This document shows, piece after piece, positions 63,902-64,000 of a stretch of DNA of 64,000 bases. Location: positions 1,110 through 65,109 of the forward strand of contig JAUSIP010000016.1 of the NCBI GenBank assembly GCA_030648005.1, written 5' to 3'. The first letter of the stretch is position 1, and each line of letters opens with the position of its first letter. The translations under genes were made by a program, and so were the position numbers. The notes below the pieces were generated by a model. The model worked only from the letters and a program-made list of their open reading frames with translations, was not told the DNA's origin and did not search any database. The stretch comes from a bacterium (GTDB lineage: Bacteria > Patescibacteriota > Minisyncoccia > Phycocordibacterales > UBA12445).

Positions 63902-63940
63902 AAAAAGCCGGCCGTCCCGCTTAGCGGGACGGCTTTTTCT
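63902..63940 (+). terminator. Rho-independent terminator
   Basis: GCCGTCCCGC-TTA-GCGGGACGGC followed by TTTTT. Confidence 0.85.
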
Positions 63941-64000
63941 TTTGCCATAAGCTATTATTTAGTGTATAGTTTTGCGAATGATAGATTTTAAGATACTCAA

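Overview
This is a gene-dense 64-kb bacterial chromosomal window of low-to-mid GC (hand counts give about 33-48% in typical lines). I infer a Candidate Phyla Radiation / Patescibacteria (Parcubacteria-like) origin. The grounds are domain-minimised housekeeping proteins (short IF-2, AlaRS, ThrRS, UvrC), a giant surface protein, DUF4446 and 'sunset'-type small proteins, and mostly Shine-Dalgarno-less or leaderless core genes. I call about 60 CDS and 4 tRNAs (Leu-UAA, Cys-GCA, Leu-CAA, Glu-CUC). I found no rRNA, CRISPR array, transposase or integrase. Core content: infB-rbfA, a NifS-like desulfurase, clpB, uvrC/uvrB/uvrA, parB, an RSH (p)ppGpp enzyme, topA, dprA, serS, an FtsQ-like protein, dus, an S41 protease, rplI, rpmA, truB, ddl, ridA-like, priA, mnmA, alaS, the infA-rpmJ-rpsM-rpsK-rpsD-rpoA-rplQ-rplM-rpsI block, rmuC, rplU, recR, dnaB and thrS. 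Accessory or odd content is listed below. (1) A tRNA-Glu-linked accessory block at about 49.4-55.2 kb contains a tRNA-Glu-derived, insertion-laden structured RNA. That RNA is divergent from a basic-tailed PD-(D/E)XK nuclease. The block also holds a translationally coupled nucleoside-2-deoxyribosyltransferase-like plus unknown gene pair, a Nudix hydrolase, and several orphans. (2) A GC-rich (about 67-70%), frameshifted but fully equipped expression cassette lies at 8.15-8.9 kb. (3) A consensus-promoter two-smORF operon (27-aa TM peptide plus 61-aa Cys-rich protein) lies at 15.0-15.3 kb. (4) A recurring CCGCCAG/CTGGCGG hairpin motif includes one in-frame copy inside infA. (5) Two large nested inverted-repeat elements lie at 16.4 kb and 57.4 kb. 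(6) Several enzymes have substituted catalytic motifs: an S1C protease-like protein, PriA and a CapA-like domain. All family assignments come from motif recognition by eye and no searches were run.
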